Below, piece by piece: positions 1 through 8,028 of a stretch of DNA of 13,547 bases. A program made the translations under genes and the position numbers. Below the pieces are notes generated by a model. It made no database searches. It was given only the letters and a program-made list of their open reading frames with translations, and was not told the origin of the DNA. Source of the DNA: a bacterium (lineage in GTDB: Bacteria; RBG-13-61-14; DATKZS01); NCBI GenBank assembly GCA_046484135.1, contig JAWOBU010000112.1, positions 1 through 13,547 on the forward strand, in the 5' to 3' direction. Each line of letters starts with the position of its first letter. The first letter of the stretch is position 1.

Positions 1-69
1 CATCTCATCCATGAGATCGTCTGCATCCACCACCGTACCTTCCCGGGATTTCATTTTGCCCCCGGGAAG
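1..69 (-). CDS. argS: Internal fragment of arginyl-tRNA synthetase (KMSKS-equivalent region); runs off the window start and is joined to unrelated sequence at about 69/70
   Basis: The minus strand from 69 reads LPGGKMKSREGTVVDADDLMDEM, matching the ArgRS signature LPxGKMKSREGTVVDADDL. Similarity stops upstream of LP. Not in the ORF track. Confidence 0.8.
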
Positions 70-215
70 ACCGGGAAAGGCGCGACCGCTACCACGCCAT
101 GTACGAGTATCTGACCAGCAACACCGCCGAGGCCTGGGCCAGGAACTTCCTGGAGAAGCTCCAGTCCGCCCACCAGGAGAACCGAGCAGGGTACAAGGCC
201 ATAACAGGAGGATAA
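66..215 (+). CDS. C-terminal fragment of a trehalose-6-phosphate synthase-like (GT20, OtsA/GgpS family) protein
   Basis: Frame 3 reads EDRERRDRYHAMYEYLTSNTAEAWARNFLEKLQSAHQENRAGYKAITGG*, resembling the GT20 C-terminus (EERR.R...M...V......WA..FL..L). Stop TAA at 213-215. The 5' part is missing and there is an in-frame TGA at 12-14. Confidence 0.6.
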   Translation, partial: EDRERRDRYHAMYEYLTSNTAEAWARNFLEKLQSAHQENRAGYKAITGG

Positions 216-371
216 AAGGAGCTTCCTTCCCTCTGACCAGGAAGATTGGCGGCGGGATACGCCCTTCCGGATTACCCTCGCTTTGCCCCTCTCCGCCGGA
301 AAGTTATGTTAAATTAAATGGCATAGGCTCTTTCCTTAAAAACAGTTTTAAGAAAGCCGCCGGCTAACTGT

Positions 372-400
372 TTGACATTTATATCCAAATGTCGTAAATT
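372..400 (+). promoter_or_regulatory. sigma70-type promoter for the PEGA-LCP gene, with an overlapping palindrome
   Basis: TTGACA (372-377), 17 nt spacer, TAAATT (395-400). Inverted repeat GACATTT-N6-AAATGTC at 374-393. Confidence 0.7.
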
Positions 401-431
401 GATTGAATATTATTGGGGGGAACCAGGGTCC

Positions 432-2180
432 ATGAAAGCTTTACGCCGTTTTGTTTCGGCGGGAACGGCCGCGATTGTGCTTGTTTTGACCGCGACTTAC
501 GCCACCGCCGGGCCATCCCGCCTTACCGTGCAGACCAACCCGCCGGGCGCGGTGTTATACCTGGATGGAGAGAACACCGGCTTCAAAACCCCGGTCCGGC
601 TGACGGTAAGGCCCGGCAAGCACCGGCTCCGGCTGGTCAAATCCGGTTACCATCCTTTGCAGCGCATGGTCGAGGTTTACTCGAATGTGGGCTTCGCCAA
701 CTTCAACCTGAAGCCCATTAAAAAAAGCAAGGAACCCAGCCAGGCCCGCCCCGCAAGCTATAAAGCACAAGCCGACGCACTTGATCGAACGAAAAACAGA
801 ACGGGCTCCCCCGCCGAGGGTCCCCGGAAAACCAAAAGATATTATCCCGAAAGAAACGTAAAGGTCCTTAAAAGGGGCTCCAGCCAAAGGGCCCCGGAAC
901 GGAAAAGGCCGGCCGCCCGCACCATGAACGTACTGCCGGAAAACAACCCCTTCCGGGAGTGGATGCAAGAGAACGAGAAAGAAGAAAAGCAGGAACAAAC
1001 CCGCTCCCGCCAGCCAGCGCCGGAGGGAAAAAACCGGGCGCCAAAGAAAGGGTTCTTCCCCCTCATCAAAGAGCAGGAGGACAAACAAACATCCGGCAAA
1101 CACGAGAAAGCGGTGGTCGTTGAAGGGGAGGATGAAAATAACAGATCGAGCGGGCCAAAACGCGATGCCATAAAAGAGCGGGGCGTTATCAAAATAAAAG
1201 AAACTACAAAAGAAGTCTCCTCCGAAAGCGCGACATCCCGAAAACCGGAGAAAGACCCTGTTCCGGCCGACAGGGAAGAACCGGACTCCCGAGGACAGCC
1301 CCGCCCGACGAAGCGGGACCGAAACGGTCCCTTAGCGTGCGCGCCCGCTCCCGAGGGTGAGTGGCCCCGGTCAGCCGAGGCTGTTCTCCATGCTTCAGCG
1401 CAGGGGCTTCCCCGTTTCCCGGAGAAGTTCAACGTGCTGCTTCTGGGGCTTGACCGCAGGGACAGAAAAGGAATCCTGGCTACCGGCGCCAAGATACCCC
1501 TTAAGAAGCTCCGCCGGAAGCCGGCCAACTCCGACGTCATAATGGTCTTCCAGGTAGACTTTCGGGAAAACCGCATCCGGGTGGTCAGCATTCCCCGCGA
1601 CACCAGGGTCTATATACCCGGACACGGCTACCGGAAAATAAACGCGGCTTACGCTTACGGCAGAGACCGGCTGTCCCGTAAAATCGTCGAGTCCTTCCTG
1701 GACATAGAAATCCACCGCACTGTAACCGCGGACTACAGGGGGGCCAAGAAAAGCATCGCCATGTTTAAAAGGCTGGGGCTCGATTATCACGGTTACTCGG
1801 AAAAGGAGATGTTCTGGCACCTTAGAAAGCGCTCCTTCCCCCGGGGGGACCTCCGGAGGATCGAAAGACAGCAGGCGTTCATGAAAAGCGCCCTGAAGAA
1901 GCTGCTCCGGCTTTACAATGACACCAGACAGGCCAAGGGGACCTCGGCCCTGGTCAAAAACAACCTCATGGACATGGCCATAAGGAAAGGACTCGATGAA
2001 ATCATAACCGACTTCACCGAGCAGGAGATACACATCCTGGCCTATGCCTTGCGCGACTTCGACTTCGACAACATGGTCATGGGACAGGTCCGCGGCAGGG
2101 GAGGACGCAGACACGGCAGGTACTTTTACCTGCCCTACCGGAACCACACTTTCGACGACGTGGTGGCCCGCCTCGAATAA
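432..2180 (+). CDS. Secreted PEGA-domain / LCP (LytR-CpsA-Psr) family protein, 582 aa
   Basis: ATG at 432 is followed by a signal peptide (MKALRRFVSAGTAAIVLVLTATYATA). PEGA motif LTVQTNPPGAVLYLDGENTGFKTPVRLTVRPGKHRLRLVKSGY. Charged low-complexity linker. LCP motifs NVLLLGLD, SDVIM, VSIPRDT, KINAAYAYG, LRKR, GDLRRIERQQ. The track's TTG start at 372 is part of the -35 box. Confidence 0.85.
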   Translation: MKALRRFVSAGTAAIVLVLTATYATAGPSRLTVQTNPPGAVLYLDGENTGFKTPVRLTVRPGKHRLRLVKSGYHPLQRMVEVYSNVGFANFNLKPIKKSKEPSQARPASYKAQADALDRTKNRTGSPAEGPRKTKRYYPERNVKVLKRGSSQRAPERKRPAARTMNVLPENNPFREWMQENEKEEKQEQTRSRQPAPEGKNRAPKKGFFPLIKEQEDKQTSGKHEKAVVVEGEDENNRSSGPKRDAIKERGVIKIKETTKEVSSESATSRKPEKDPVPADREEPDSRGQPRPTKRDRNGPLACAPAPEGEWPRSAEAVLHASAQGLPRFPEKFNVLLLGLDRRDRKGILATGAKIPLKKLRRKPANSDVIMVFQVDFRENRIRVVSIPRDTRVYIPGHGYRKINAAYAYGRDRLSRKIVESFLDIEIHRTVTADYRGAKKSIAMFKRLGLDYHGYSEKEMFWHLRKRSFPRGDLRRIERQQAFMKSALKKLLRLYNDTRQAKGTSALVKNNLMDMAIRKGLDEIITDFTEQEIHILAYALRDFDFDNMVMGQVRGRGGRRHGRYFYLPYRNHTFDDVVARLE

Positions 2181-2287
2181 GCCGCAGGCGCCGACTTGAT
2201 TCCCGCCGGATTCTGGATCACCATAAGAGGTAAGATCGGTCTTTTCGAAGCCCAAAAAATCAGCATTCTATCCTCAAGGAAACAGCC

Positions 2288-2518
2288 ATGCGATCGTATT
2301 TGAAAAACAAGACCGGCACGAAGCTGGGCATAATCCGGGAGGGCATGCCCAAGGAGGTGTACTTCGAGGCCGAGTTGAAAAAGGTTTTGGACGACACCGC
2401 GGTTTTTGAAGGAGAAGAGGGCGAGATCGCCTTGAGCCTGGATAAAATACTGCTGGTTACGCCGCCGGAGGAGCTCGAGAGGAAAACGCCCGGCTTCAAA
2501 GGCTCTCAAAACGACTAG
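2288..2518 (+). CDS. Small hypothetical protein, 76 aa, possibly Sm-like fold (MM0924-like)
   Basis: AAGGA RBS upstream. Beta-rich pattern ending ALSLDKILLV...KTPGF, recalling MM0924-type proteins (..IDKI..., C-terminal PGF). 4 nt gap to the next gene. Confidence 0.6.
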   Translation: MRSYLKNKTGTKLGIIREGMPKEVYFEAELKKVLDDTAVFEGEEGEIALSLDKILLVTPPEELERKTPGFKGSQND

Positions 2519-2522
2519 CGCC

Positions 2523-3062
2523 ATGAACCCGTCTTCCCGGAACATGGAGCAGCCCCGCCACATCCCGTGGGAGGAGTACTCCCGCCTGTGCCGGATACTG
2601 GCCCGGCGAATAAGCGAGGACCACAAACCGGACACCGTGGTGGGAATAGCGCACGGCGGTGTGATCGTAGGCGCGACCATAGCCACCATCCTGGGTCGCG
2701 ACTTCTTTCCCATCAAGCTCTCCCGCCGGGTGAACGCCCGGGTGGTCCGCAAACGGGCCAAGATGCTGGTTCCCCCTACCGCGGACCTGGGGGAAAAGCT
2801 GGTCCTCCTGGTGGACGACGCCTCCCGGTCCGGAGAAACACTGAAAGCGGCGATCCGGTCCATCAAGGGACACAAGCCCCGAAAGATCATCACCGCGGTG
2901 CTGGTGAGGTCCGGCGAGTACGCGCCTGATTATTACGCCTCCTACTTTGCCGGAGACGTACGATTCCCCTGGCAACTGGAAGAAACCCCGGAGTCCGGCG
3001 AAGACACTTACGACAAAAACCGGAAAACAGAGAATAACACCGGAGAGGGAAAGAAAAAATGA
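2523..3062 (+). CDS. Type I phosphoribosyltransferase (xanthine/hypoxanthine-guanine PRTase-like)
   Basis: PDTVVGIAHGG, PRPP-binding loop VLLVDDASRSGETL, PDYY and VRFPW motifs. ATG at 2544 is an alternative start. Confidence 0.85.
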   Translation: MNPSSRNMEQPRHIPWEEYSRLCRILARRISEDHKPDTVVGIAHGGVIVGATIATILGRDFFPIKLSRRVNARVVRKRAKMLVPPTADLGEKLVLLVDDASRSGETLKAAIRSIKGHKPRKIITAVLVRSGEYAPDYYASYFAGDVRFPWQLEETPESGEDTYDKNRKTENNTGEGKKK

Positions 3063-3727
3063 TCCCCGTAATCGGGATAACCGGAACCTCCGGCGTCGGC
3101 AAGACCGAGCTTTTGATCAGCCTTATAAAAGAGCTCCGAAACCGCGGCTATCAGGTGGCGGCCATTAAACACACCTACCACCAGGTAGACATAGACCGGC
3201 CCGGCAAAGACTCCCACAAGATGTTCCAGGCGGGAGCGCGCGCAGTGGGGCTGGCTTCCAAAAACCAGCTTGCGGCCTACATGGAGACGGACGAACAACA
3301 GGACCCGCGCGACATAGCTGTGAAGATGTTTCCCCGCGTGGACCTGGTACTGGTAGAGGGGTTTAAAGACGCGCCTATCCCCAGGATAGGAGTGCTCCGG
3401 AAGGAGGTGTCCCCTGAAACGCCCGACAAAAAAGGCCTCATCGCCATGGTCTCCGACATGGAGACCGACCCGGCCGTGCCCGGCTTCGGCTTCGATGACA
3501 TCAGCGACATCGCCGAGTTGTTGGAGAAACACATAAACAAGAAATCGCCCCGTCGCGATGTGTCCCTGTTTGTGAACGGCTCCCGGGTCATGATCAAGCC
3601 CTTTATCAAGGACCTGTTCTTAAAGACCGTCTCGGCCATGGTCGGCACTTTAAAGGGAACGGGAGATGCCCGGCGGATCGAGATCGTTATTGACAAGCCC
3701 GGCGGGCCTTCCGAAGAAGAGGACTGA
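3059..3727 (+). CDS. mobB: Molybdopterin-guanine dinucleotide biosynthesis protein B
   Basis: P-loop GTSGVGKT, AAIKHTYH, IDRPGKDSHKMFQAGA, DLVLVEGFK, plus a C-terminal extension. ATGA overlap with the upstream PRTase. Confidence 0.92.
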   Translation: MIPVIGITGTSGVGKTELLISLIKELRNRGYQVAAIKHTYHQVDIDRPGKDSHKMFQAGARAVGLASKNQLAAYMETDEQQDPRDIAVKMFPRVDLVLVEGFKDAPIPRIGVLRKEVSPETPDKKGLIAMVSDMETDPAVPGFGFDDISDIAELLEKHINKKSPRRDVSLFVNGSRVMIKPFIKDLFLKTVSAMVGTLKGTGDARRIEIVIDKPGGPSEEED

Positions 3728-3729
3728 GC

Positions 3730-4302
3730 TCAGCCCCCTTCCCGGCTGTCCCACAGGACCTGGAACTTGAGGTCATAGTAATCCAGGATTTCGATGGTTA
3801 AGATAAGGAAGTCTTCCCGGCCGCCGGTGGTGTAGGGCACGGTGATGGTGTTGTAGGCTATAAATCGCGGCTCCCCGAACTCGAGGTCGGAGGCGTCCTT
3901 GACATCAGAGGCCAGAAGATCAAGCGCGGTCGGCGTTTTAAAAAAGGACTCTACCTGCTGCACATAAGGATCGGGCAAGGCGCTCCGGATGGGGGAAGCG
4001 GACACCGTGCTCCCTTGCCGGGCCGTGAGCAGGTTGTAAATCTCCGCCGTCTGGAGGCGGATGCTGTTCATCTCTTCCCGCGCCGCCTCCGTGTTCTTTT
4101 CGAGTTCATCCATGGAGCTCTGGAGCCCCGGTTCGTACTCGCATTTACAAACGGGGGAGGCCGCCAGGCCCTCCTCCTCCAGCCGGGACATCATGTATGA
4201 AGCCCCCGCGACTGCACCCGCCACAACTCCTAAAAAGGGCAGCACAATGAGAAAGATGATTATGGGCGCTCTGGATTTCATTCCCTTGTTCGGAGCGGGC
4301 AT
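3730..4302 (-). CDS. Hypothetical membrane-anchored protein with a coiled coil
   Basis: 190 aa ORF. N-terminal hydrophobic helix IIIFLIVLPFLGVVAGAVAGA and a heptad-like segment LQSSMDELEKNTEAAREEMNSIRLQTAEIYNLL. 18 nt downstream of the SRPBCC gene. Start could be a later ATG. Confidence 0.7.
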   Translation of the reverse strand: MPAPNKGMKSRAPIIIFLIVLPFLGVVAGAVAGASYMMSRLEEEGLAASPVCKCEYEPGLQSSMDELEKNTEAAREEMNSIRLQTAEIYNLLTARQGSTVSASPIRSALPDPYVQQVESFFKTPTALDLLASDVKDASDLEFGEPRFIAYNTITVPYTTGGREDFLILTIEILDYYDLKFQVLWDSREGG

Positions 4303-4320
4303 TTATAAACAGGAGCGGCC

Positions 4321-4779
4321 CTACCCGGAACCGTTCCCCTCCACGCGGGCCTTGATGGCCGCGAGCCAGTTCTGGTGCAGGTTCTCGAGGTCTTCCCGGG
4401 TTACAAACAGGAAAAAGAACCATAGCAGATAGCCCTGAAAATCCTCCCGCGAGGTTATCCGGGTTTTGCCTCCCTTCTCCTCGAAAGTGAAAGTGTGCTC
4501 CGCACGGACCAGGTTGTTGATGCCGCCTTCCCAGCCCAGCCTGCGCGGCATCTCGAACCGGTTGACCCGGACCCGCAAGGGAGTTCCCACCGGCCCGGCC
4601 ATCTTAAGCAGCATCCAGATCACCGACCCGTTGGTAAGTGTTTCATATCCCCCGCCGATCGAAGCCTTCTGCATGAAAGGCTTCCAGGAAGGCCACTCTT
4701 GTACGGCGATCATCTCTTTCCAGACCTCACGGACCGGCGCCTCTACGTCAACGGATTTCTCTACTACAAACTCTCCCAT
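4321..4779 (-). CDS. SRPBCC/START-like (polyketide cyclase/dehydrase) family protein
   Basis: VEKSVDVEAPVREVW...WPSW, RLGWEG, AEHTFTFEE..GKTRITSREDF and C-terminal helix WLAAIKARVE. ATG at 4779 has an AAGGAG RBS. Confidence 0.85.
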   Translation of the reverse strand: MGEFVVEKSVDVEAPVREVWKEMIAVQEWPSWKPFMQKASIGGGYETLTNGSVIWMLLKMAGPVGTPLRVRVNRFEMPRRLGWEGGINNLVRAEHTFTFEEKGGKTRITSREDFQGYLLWFFFLFVTREDLENLHQNWLAAIKARVEGNGSG

Positions 4780-4820
4780 CGTCCTGCTCCTTGCACGGCC
4801 GAGTAATAATAACAAAAGCT

Positions 4821-4829
4821 ATCATAACA
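4821..4829 (-). promoter_or_regulatory. Possible extended -10 promoter element for the SRPBCC gene
   Basis: Minus strand TGTTATGAT (TGn-TATGAT) in an AT-rich intergenic stretch about 40 nt upstream of the ATG. No clear -35. Confidence 0.35.
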
Positions 4830-4872
4830 TTAAGGGGACCACGCTTCCAGGCAGCGAAGCCCTCTGCGACCT

Positions 4873-7065
4873 CTACCTGATTTTAAGGCTCCGGAGACCG
4901 GACGCCGGGACCTCTGTCATGATGTCTACAAGTCCCGGACCGGAAGAGCCTATGACTTCACCACCGCTTACATCCGCTACCCGTTCCGGCGTGTACACGG
5001 TAACCCGGACCTCTTCGCCCGCCACGCCGGCAACGTCCATCTTAAGCGACTCTCCCGCCTTATCGACCCGCGGGAAACGCTTGCCGCTCATGGTAACGAA
5101 CTTGTCCGTCTCGCCGATTATCGCCATGCCGTTCTCCAGGACCGGCGCCAACACGTAATAGAAAGCGTCGTTAAAAGGCATGAGACCGAACTCGATCCTG
5201 TTGTTAGTGTCAAGCACCTTCTCCTCCCGGTAGTCATAAACCACGTAATCGCCGCTTATGCCGAGCTCGACCATGGACACCTCCGGCTTCATCATCCGGT
5301 AGGGCCACAAATTAAAGGCGGCCACGTAATAGGTCTCGCCCGCCTCGTGCCCGCTCTTGGTGGTAACGATCCACGGCCTGGTCTTGTCCGTGTACACAAC
5401 GTCAATGGGGGTCGCCGGACGGTCCGGCTTTAGAAGCACGCCGTCCTCCCGGCAGGTCTTCATGAGAAGCTCTTTGTCGGTCTTGCCGAGCTTGTCGCCG
5501 GGCCCTACCAGCCCCGCGGAAAGCACGGAGACCAGGGTCTCCTCGTAAGGCCAGAACTCGTTTCGGACCGGCCGCTGCATGGGCGTGGTCTGGAAGTTGT
5601 CCTTGAAGGGCCACAGCCCCACTGCATAGGCCAGCATGGAGGTCTGGTGGAAAGCGGGCCAGAAGTAGGTCTTGGTAACGATGGCCTGGTAGTCTCCCGA
5701 GGCCCGCACCTGGGTTACATTGTCGTGTTTTACTTGTTGGAGGAAGAACCCGGGCGAGGCCATGCAAAGCTGGACGGTAAGGTCCCGCTCGTCCGCTTTC
5801 TCCATCATGGCGTCGAACCACTTCTCGGCGTTGTCAATGCCGGAGCGGAGCCAGGGAATGCTGTAGAGCTGGCTTACCAGCCAGTCCTGTTCATAAACCT
5901 CGACCCCGTAGCTCACCGCGTTGTCCATGATCTCGTTCCAGAAATCATCCTCGATGGGAAGGGCGGCGCTTTTTATCCCCTTGCCGTAAACGCACTCGTA
6001 CCGGTCGCAGTAAGGAGAGCTCCGGTCGTACCAGCGGTTATGCGCGATAAGAGGAAGGCCGAGCTCTTCCTGGAAGTCGTCGAGCCCCTGCGGGAAAAGC
6101 TCTTTCATGGGCTCCCACACGATCGCGCCGCCGGTGGCCATGGAAAGGAGGTTATTGGTCTTGGCCTTGGGGTACCACCAGGAGTCTATCTGGAAGTAGC
6201 CGTAAGGGATACCCTCCCGGTCCGCGTAATCCTTGACTGCAAGAAGCGTATCGTGGTAGTTCATGCCAGGCGCGGTCTTGTAGTAATAGTATGCCCCGTT
6301 ATCGGTCCAATAGCCGAGATGACTAAGGCCCACGTCCGCGTAAGCGTTCTCCCGCTTGTTATCGTAGTATCCCCGTAAAAGGTCTCCCCACTTGAAGACC
6401 GTCTCGTTCATTCCGCGGCCTTTCACCACCAGCGTCCGGAAGACCGTGCCCGCAGGTATGGACTCGATCTCACCGTGAAAGCCGCACCACCACTCATCCT
6501 CCACCGGCGACTGGATGGTGGTGAGAAAGTAGTTCAAAGACGAGATTACCAGGACCTCCATGTCATCGCTGTAGAGCACGGTCGGGCCCATGGACGCCAC
6601 CGGCTCGTCCGTGGGAGGAGCAAAAGCGTCTTCCCGGAAACCCAGTACATGGGAGTAGCGCGCCGGTGCCCGGATCGCGGGCGCGGCAAACGCCGGCTGT
6701 TCAAAGCTCTCGTTCGGGCCCTTAATTTCCTCTTTTGTCCGGGTCTCGATCATGAAGGCCTGAAAAGCCCGGCCCGCGGGAAGCTCGTAAACCGTGACTT
6801 CCCCCACCTGCTCCCCCGAGCGGACTAGGCCCATGGCCTCGGCAGGGACCGAGCCGTAAGGCGTCTCCTGAGCGCCTTTCTTCGCCGGCGTGGTGGCGGA
6901 CAGCTCCGTAAGCTCTCCCCCGGCGGTGGTCGGCTCCGCCGGCCAGAGATACCGGAACCCGGCAAGCTCTTGCAGGCCCTCCATGACCTTGCCTGCTTGC
7001 GCAGCAAAAGGCATAAAAGTCAAAACCACAAGCGCAACAACAATAGAGGTCAGTTTTTTCATCAT
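4873..7065 (-). CDS. Secreted putative glycoside hydrolase, clan GH-D-like (GH27/GH36/Sip1-related), family unassigned
   Basis: ATG at 7065 with GGAAGGAG RBS. Signal peptide MMKKLTSIVVALVVLTFMPFAAQA. Motifs YWTDNGAYYYY, FQIDSWW, VYEQDW, VRASGDY and SAGLVGPGD...DGVLLKPDRPATP. Confidence 0.7.
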   Translation of the reverse strand: MMKKLTSIVVALVVLTFMPFAAQAGKVMEGLQELAGFRYLWPAEPTTAGGELTELSATTPAKKGAQETPYGSVPAEAMGLVRSGEQVGEVTVYELPAGRAFQAFMIETRTKEEIKGPNESFEQPAFAAPAIRAPARYSHVLGFREDAFAPPTDEPVASMGPTVLYSDDMEVLVISSLNYFLTTIQSPVEDEWWCGFHGEIESIPAGTVFRTLVVKGRGMNETVFKWGDLLRGYYDNKRENAYADVGLSHLGYWTDNGAYYYYKTAPGMNYHDTLLAVKDYADREGIPYGYFQIDSWWYPKAKTNNLLSMATGGAIVWEPMKELFPQGLDDFQEELGLPLIAHNRWYDRSSPYCDRYECVYGKGIKSAALPIEDDFWNEIMDNAVSYGVEVYEQDWLVSQLYSIPWLRSGIDNAEKWFDAMMEKADERDLTVQLCMASPGFFLQQVKHDNVTQVRASGDYQAIVTKTYFWPAFHQTSMLAYAVGLWPFKDNFQTTPMQRPVRNEFWPYEETLVSVLSAGLVGPGDKLGKTDKELLMKTCREDGVLLKPDRPATPIDVVYTDKTRPWIVTTKSGHEAGETYYVAAFNLWPYRMMKPEVSMVELGISGDYVVYDYREEKVLDTNNRIEFGLMPFNDAFYYVLAPVLENGMAIIGETDKFVTMSGKRFPRVDKAGESLKMDVAGVAGEEVRVTVYTPERVADVSGGEVIGSSGPGLVDIMTEVPASGLRSLKIR

Positions 7066-7176
7066 GTCTCCTTCCCATTCTTGCAGAAATTTCCATATCC
7101 TAACAAGTGCCTGCCCTGCTTGCAAGGCTAATGGCGTTCACTGCTGATCTTACCGTTCATGGCGGCTTAGCCCGGT

Positions 7177-7205
7177 TTGACATGATCTTCAAGGGGACAT
7201 AACTT
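7177..7205 (+). promoter_or_regulatory. sigma70-type promoter for the SDR gene
   Basis: TTGACA (7177-7182), 17 nt spacer, TAACTT (7200-7205), 34 nt before the ATG at 7240. Confidence 0.65.
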
Positions 7206-7239
7206 AAACAGGTTCACGAGGAGTAGTTAGGGGGGTAAT

Positions 7240-8028
7240 ATGCAGTTTAACGGAAAAGTGGTGTGGATAACCGGCGCTTCCTCCGGGATCGGAGAAGCGC
7301 TGGCTTATGAGCTTTCCTCGCGCGGAGCGAGACTCATCATAAGCTCGAACGAGCCGGACGAACTGGCGCGAGTAAAGAAAGGTTGCCAAGGCGAGGTGGC
7401 CACGCTGTTTGTGGACCTCTCCGACACCGAATCTCTGGAGGGAAAAGCCAAAGTTGCGCTTTCCATCCACGGACACATTGACATACTGATAAATAACGGC
7501 GGCATCAGCCAGAGGTCATTGTTGCAAGACACCGACATAGAGACCATTAAGAAGATCATGGAGATAGACTTCCTCTCCCACGCAGCCATAACCCGGGCGG
7601 TGGTCTCCTCTATGCTTGAAAGAAAATCCGGCCACATCGTGGTAACGAGCTCAGTGGCCGGAAAGCTGGCGGCTCCCCGCCGGACCGGATACTGTGCGGC
7701 CAAGCACGCCCTGCACGGGTTCTTCGACACCCTGCGCGCCGAGCTTTACGAGCACGGCATAAAGGTCACCATTGTCTGTCCCACCGCGGTAAAGACCAAC
7801 ATCTCCATGCGCTCTCTCACCGGCAACGGCAGGGAGTACGGTAAAATGAGCGACCATCTTGCCGAAGGAATCACACCCGAAAAATGCGCTAAGGAGATCG
7901 TAAAGGCGGTAGAGAAAGACAAAGAGGAGATCATAGTGGGATGGGACCGCTTACGGCTGGCAGTGTACATAAAGAGGTTTTTGCCGGGCCTCTTCTCCCG
8001 GATCATCAGAAAAGCCGAGCTGAACTGA
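7240..8028 (+). CDS. Classical short-chain dehydrogenase/reductase (DHRS7/11beta-HSD-like)
   Basis: VVWITGASSGIG, DILINNGGISQRS, catalytic Ser (TSSVAG) and YCAAK (YxxxK). Confidence 0.93.
   Translation: MQFNGKVVWITGASSGIGEALAYELSSRGARLIISSNEPDELARVKKGCQGEVATLFVDLSDTESLEGKAKVALSIHGHIDILINNGGISQRSLLQDTDIETIKKIMEIDFLSHAAITRAVVSSMLERKSGHIVVTSSVAGKLAAPRRTGYCAAKHALHGFFDTLRAELYEHGIKVTIVCPTAVKTNISMRSLTGNGREYGKMSDHLAEGITPEKCAKEIVKAVEKDKEEIIVGWDRLRLAVYIKRFLPGLFSRIIRKAELN

Noticed and set aside
319..336. TGGCATAGG as a sigma54 promoter
   Set aside because: No GC at the -12 position; GG-N10 is followed by TT.
11..367. 118 aa ORF in the track
   Set aside because: It spans the chimeric junction and intergenic DNA; the OtsA-like frame 3 explains the coding signal.
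372..431. TTG start extension of the PEGA-LCP ORF
   Set aside because: The TTG is part of the TTGACA -35 box; the signal peptide begins at ATG 432.
555..2975. Long antisense ORFs (555-1103, 842-1603, 1395-2255, 2135-2893, 2496-2975)
   Set aside because: Shadow ORFs opposite well-supported genes in GC-rich DNA, with no recognisable motifs.
4466..6828. Plus-strand ORFs opposite the SRPBCC and GH-D-like genes
   Set aside because: Antisense shadows with no family features.
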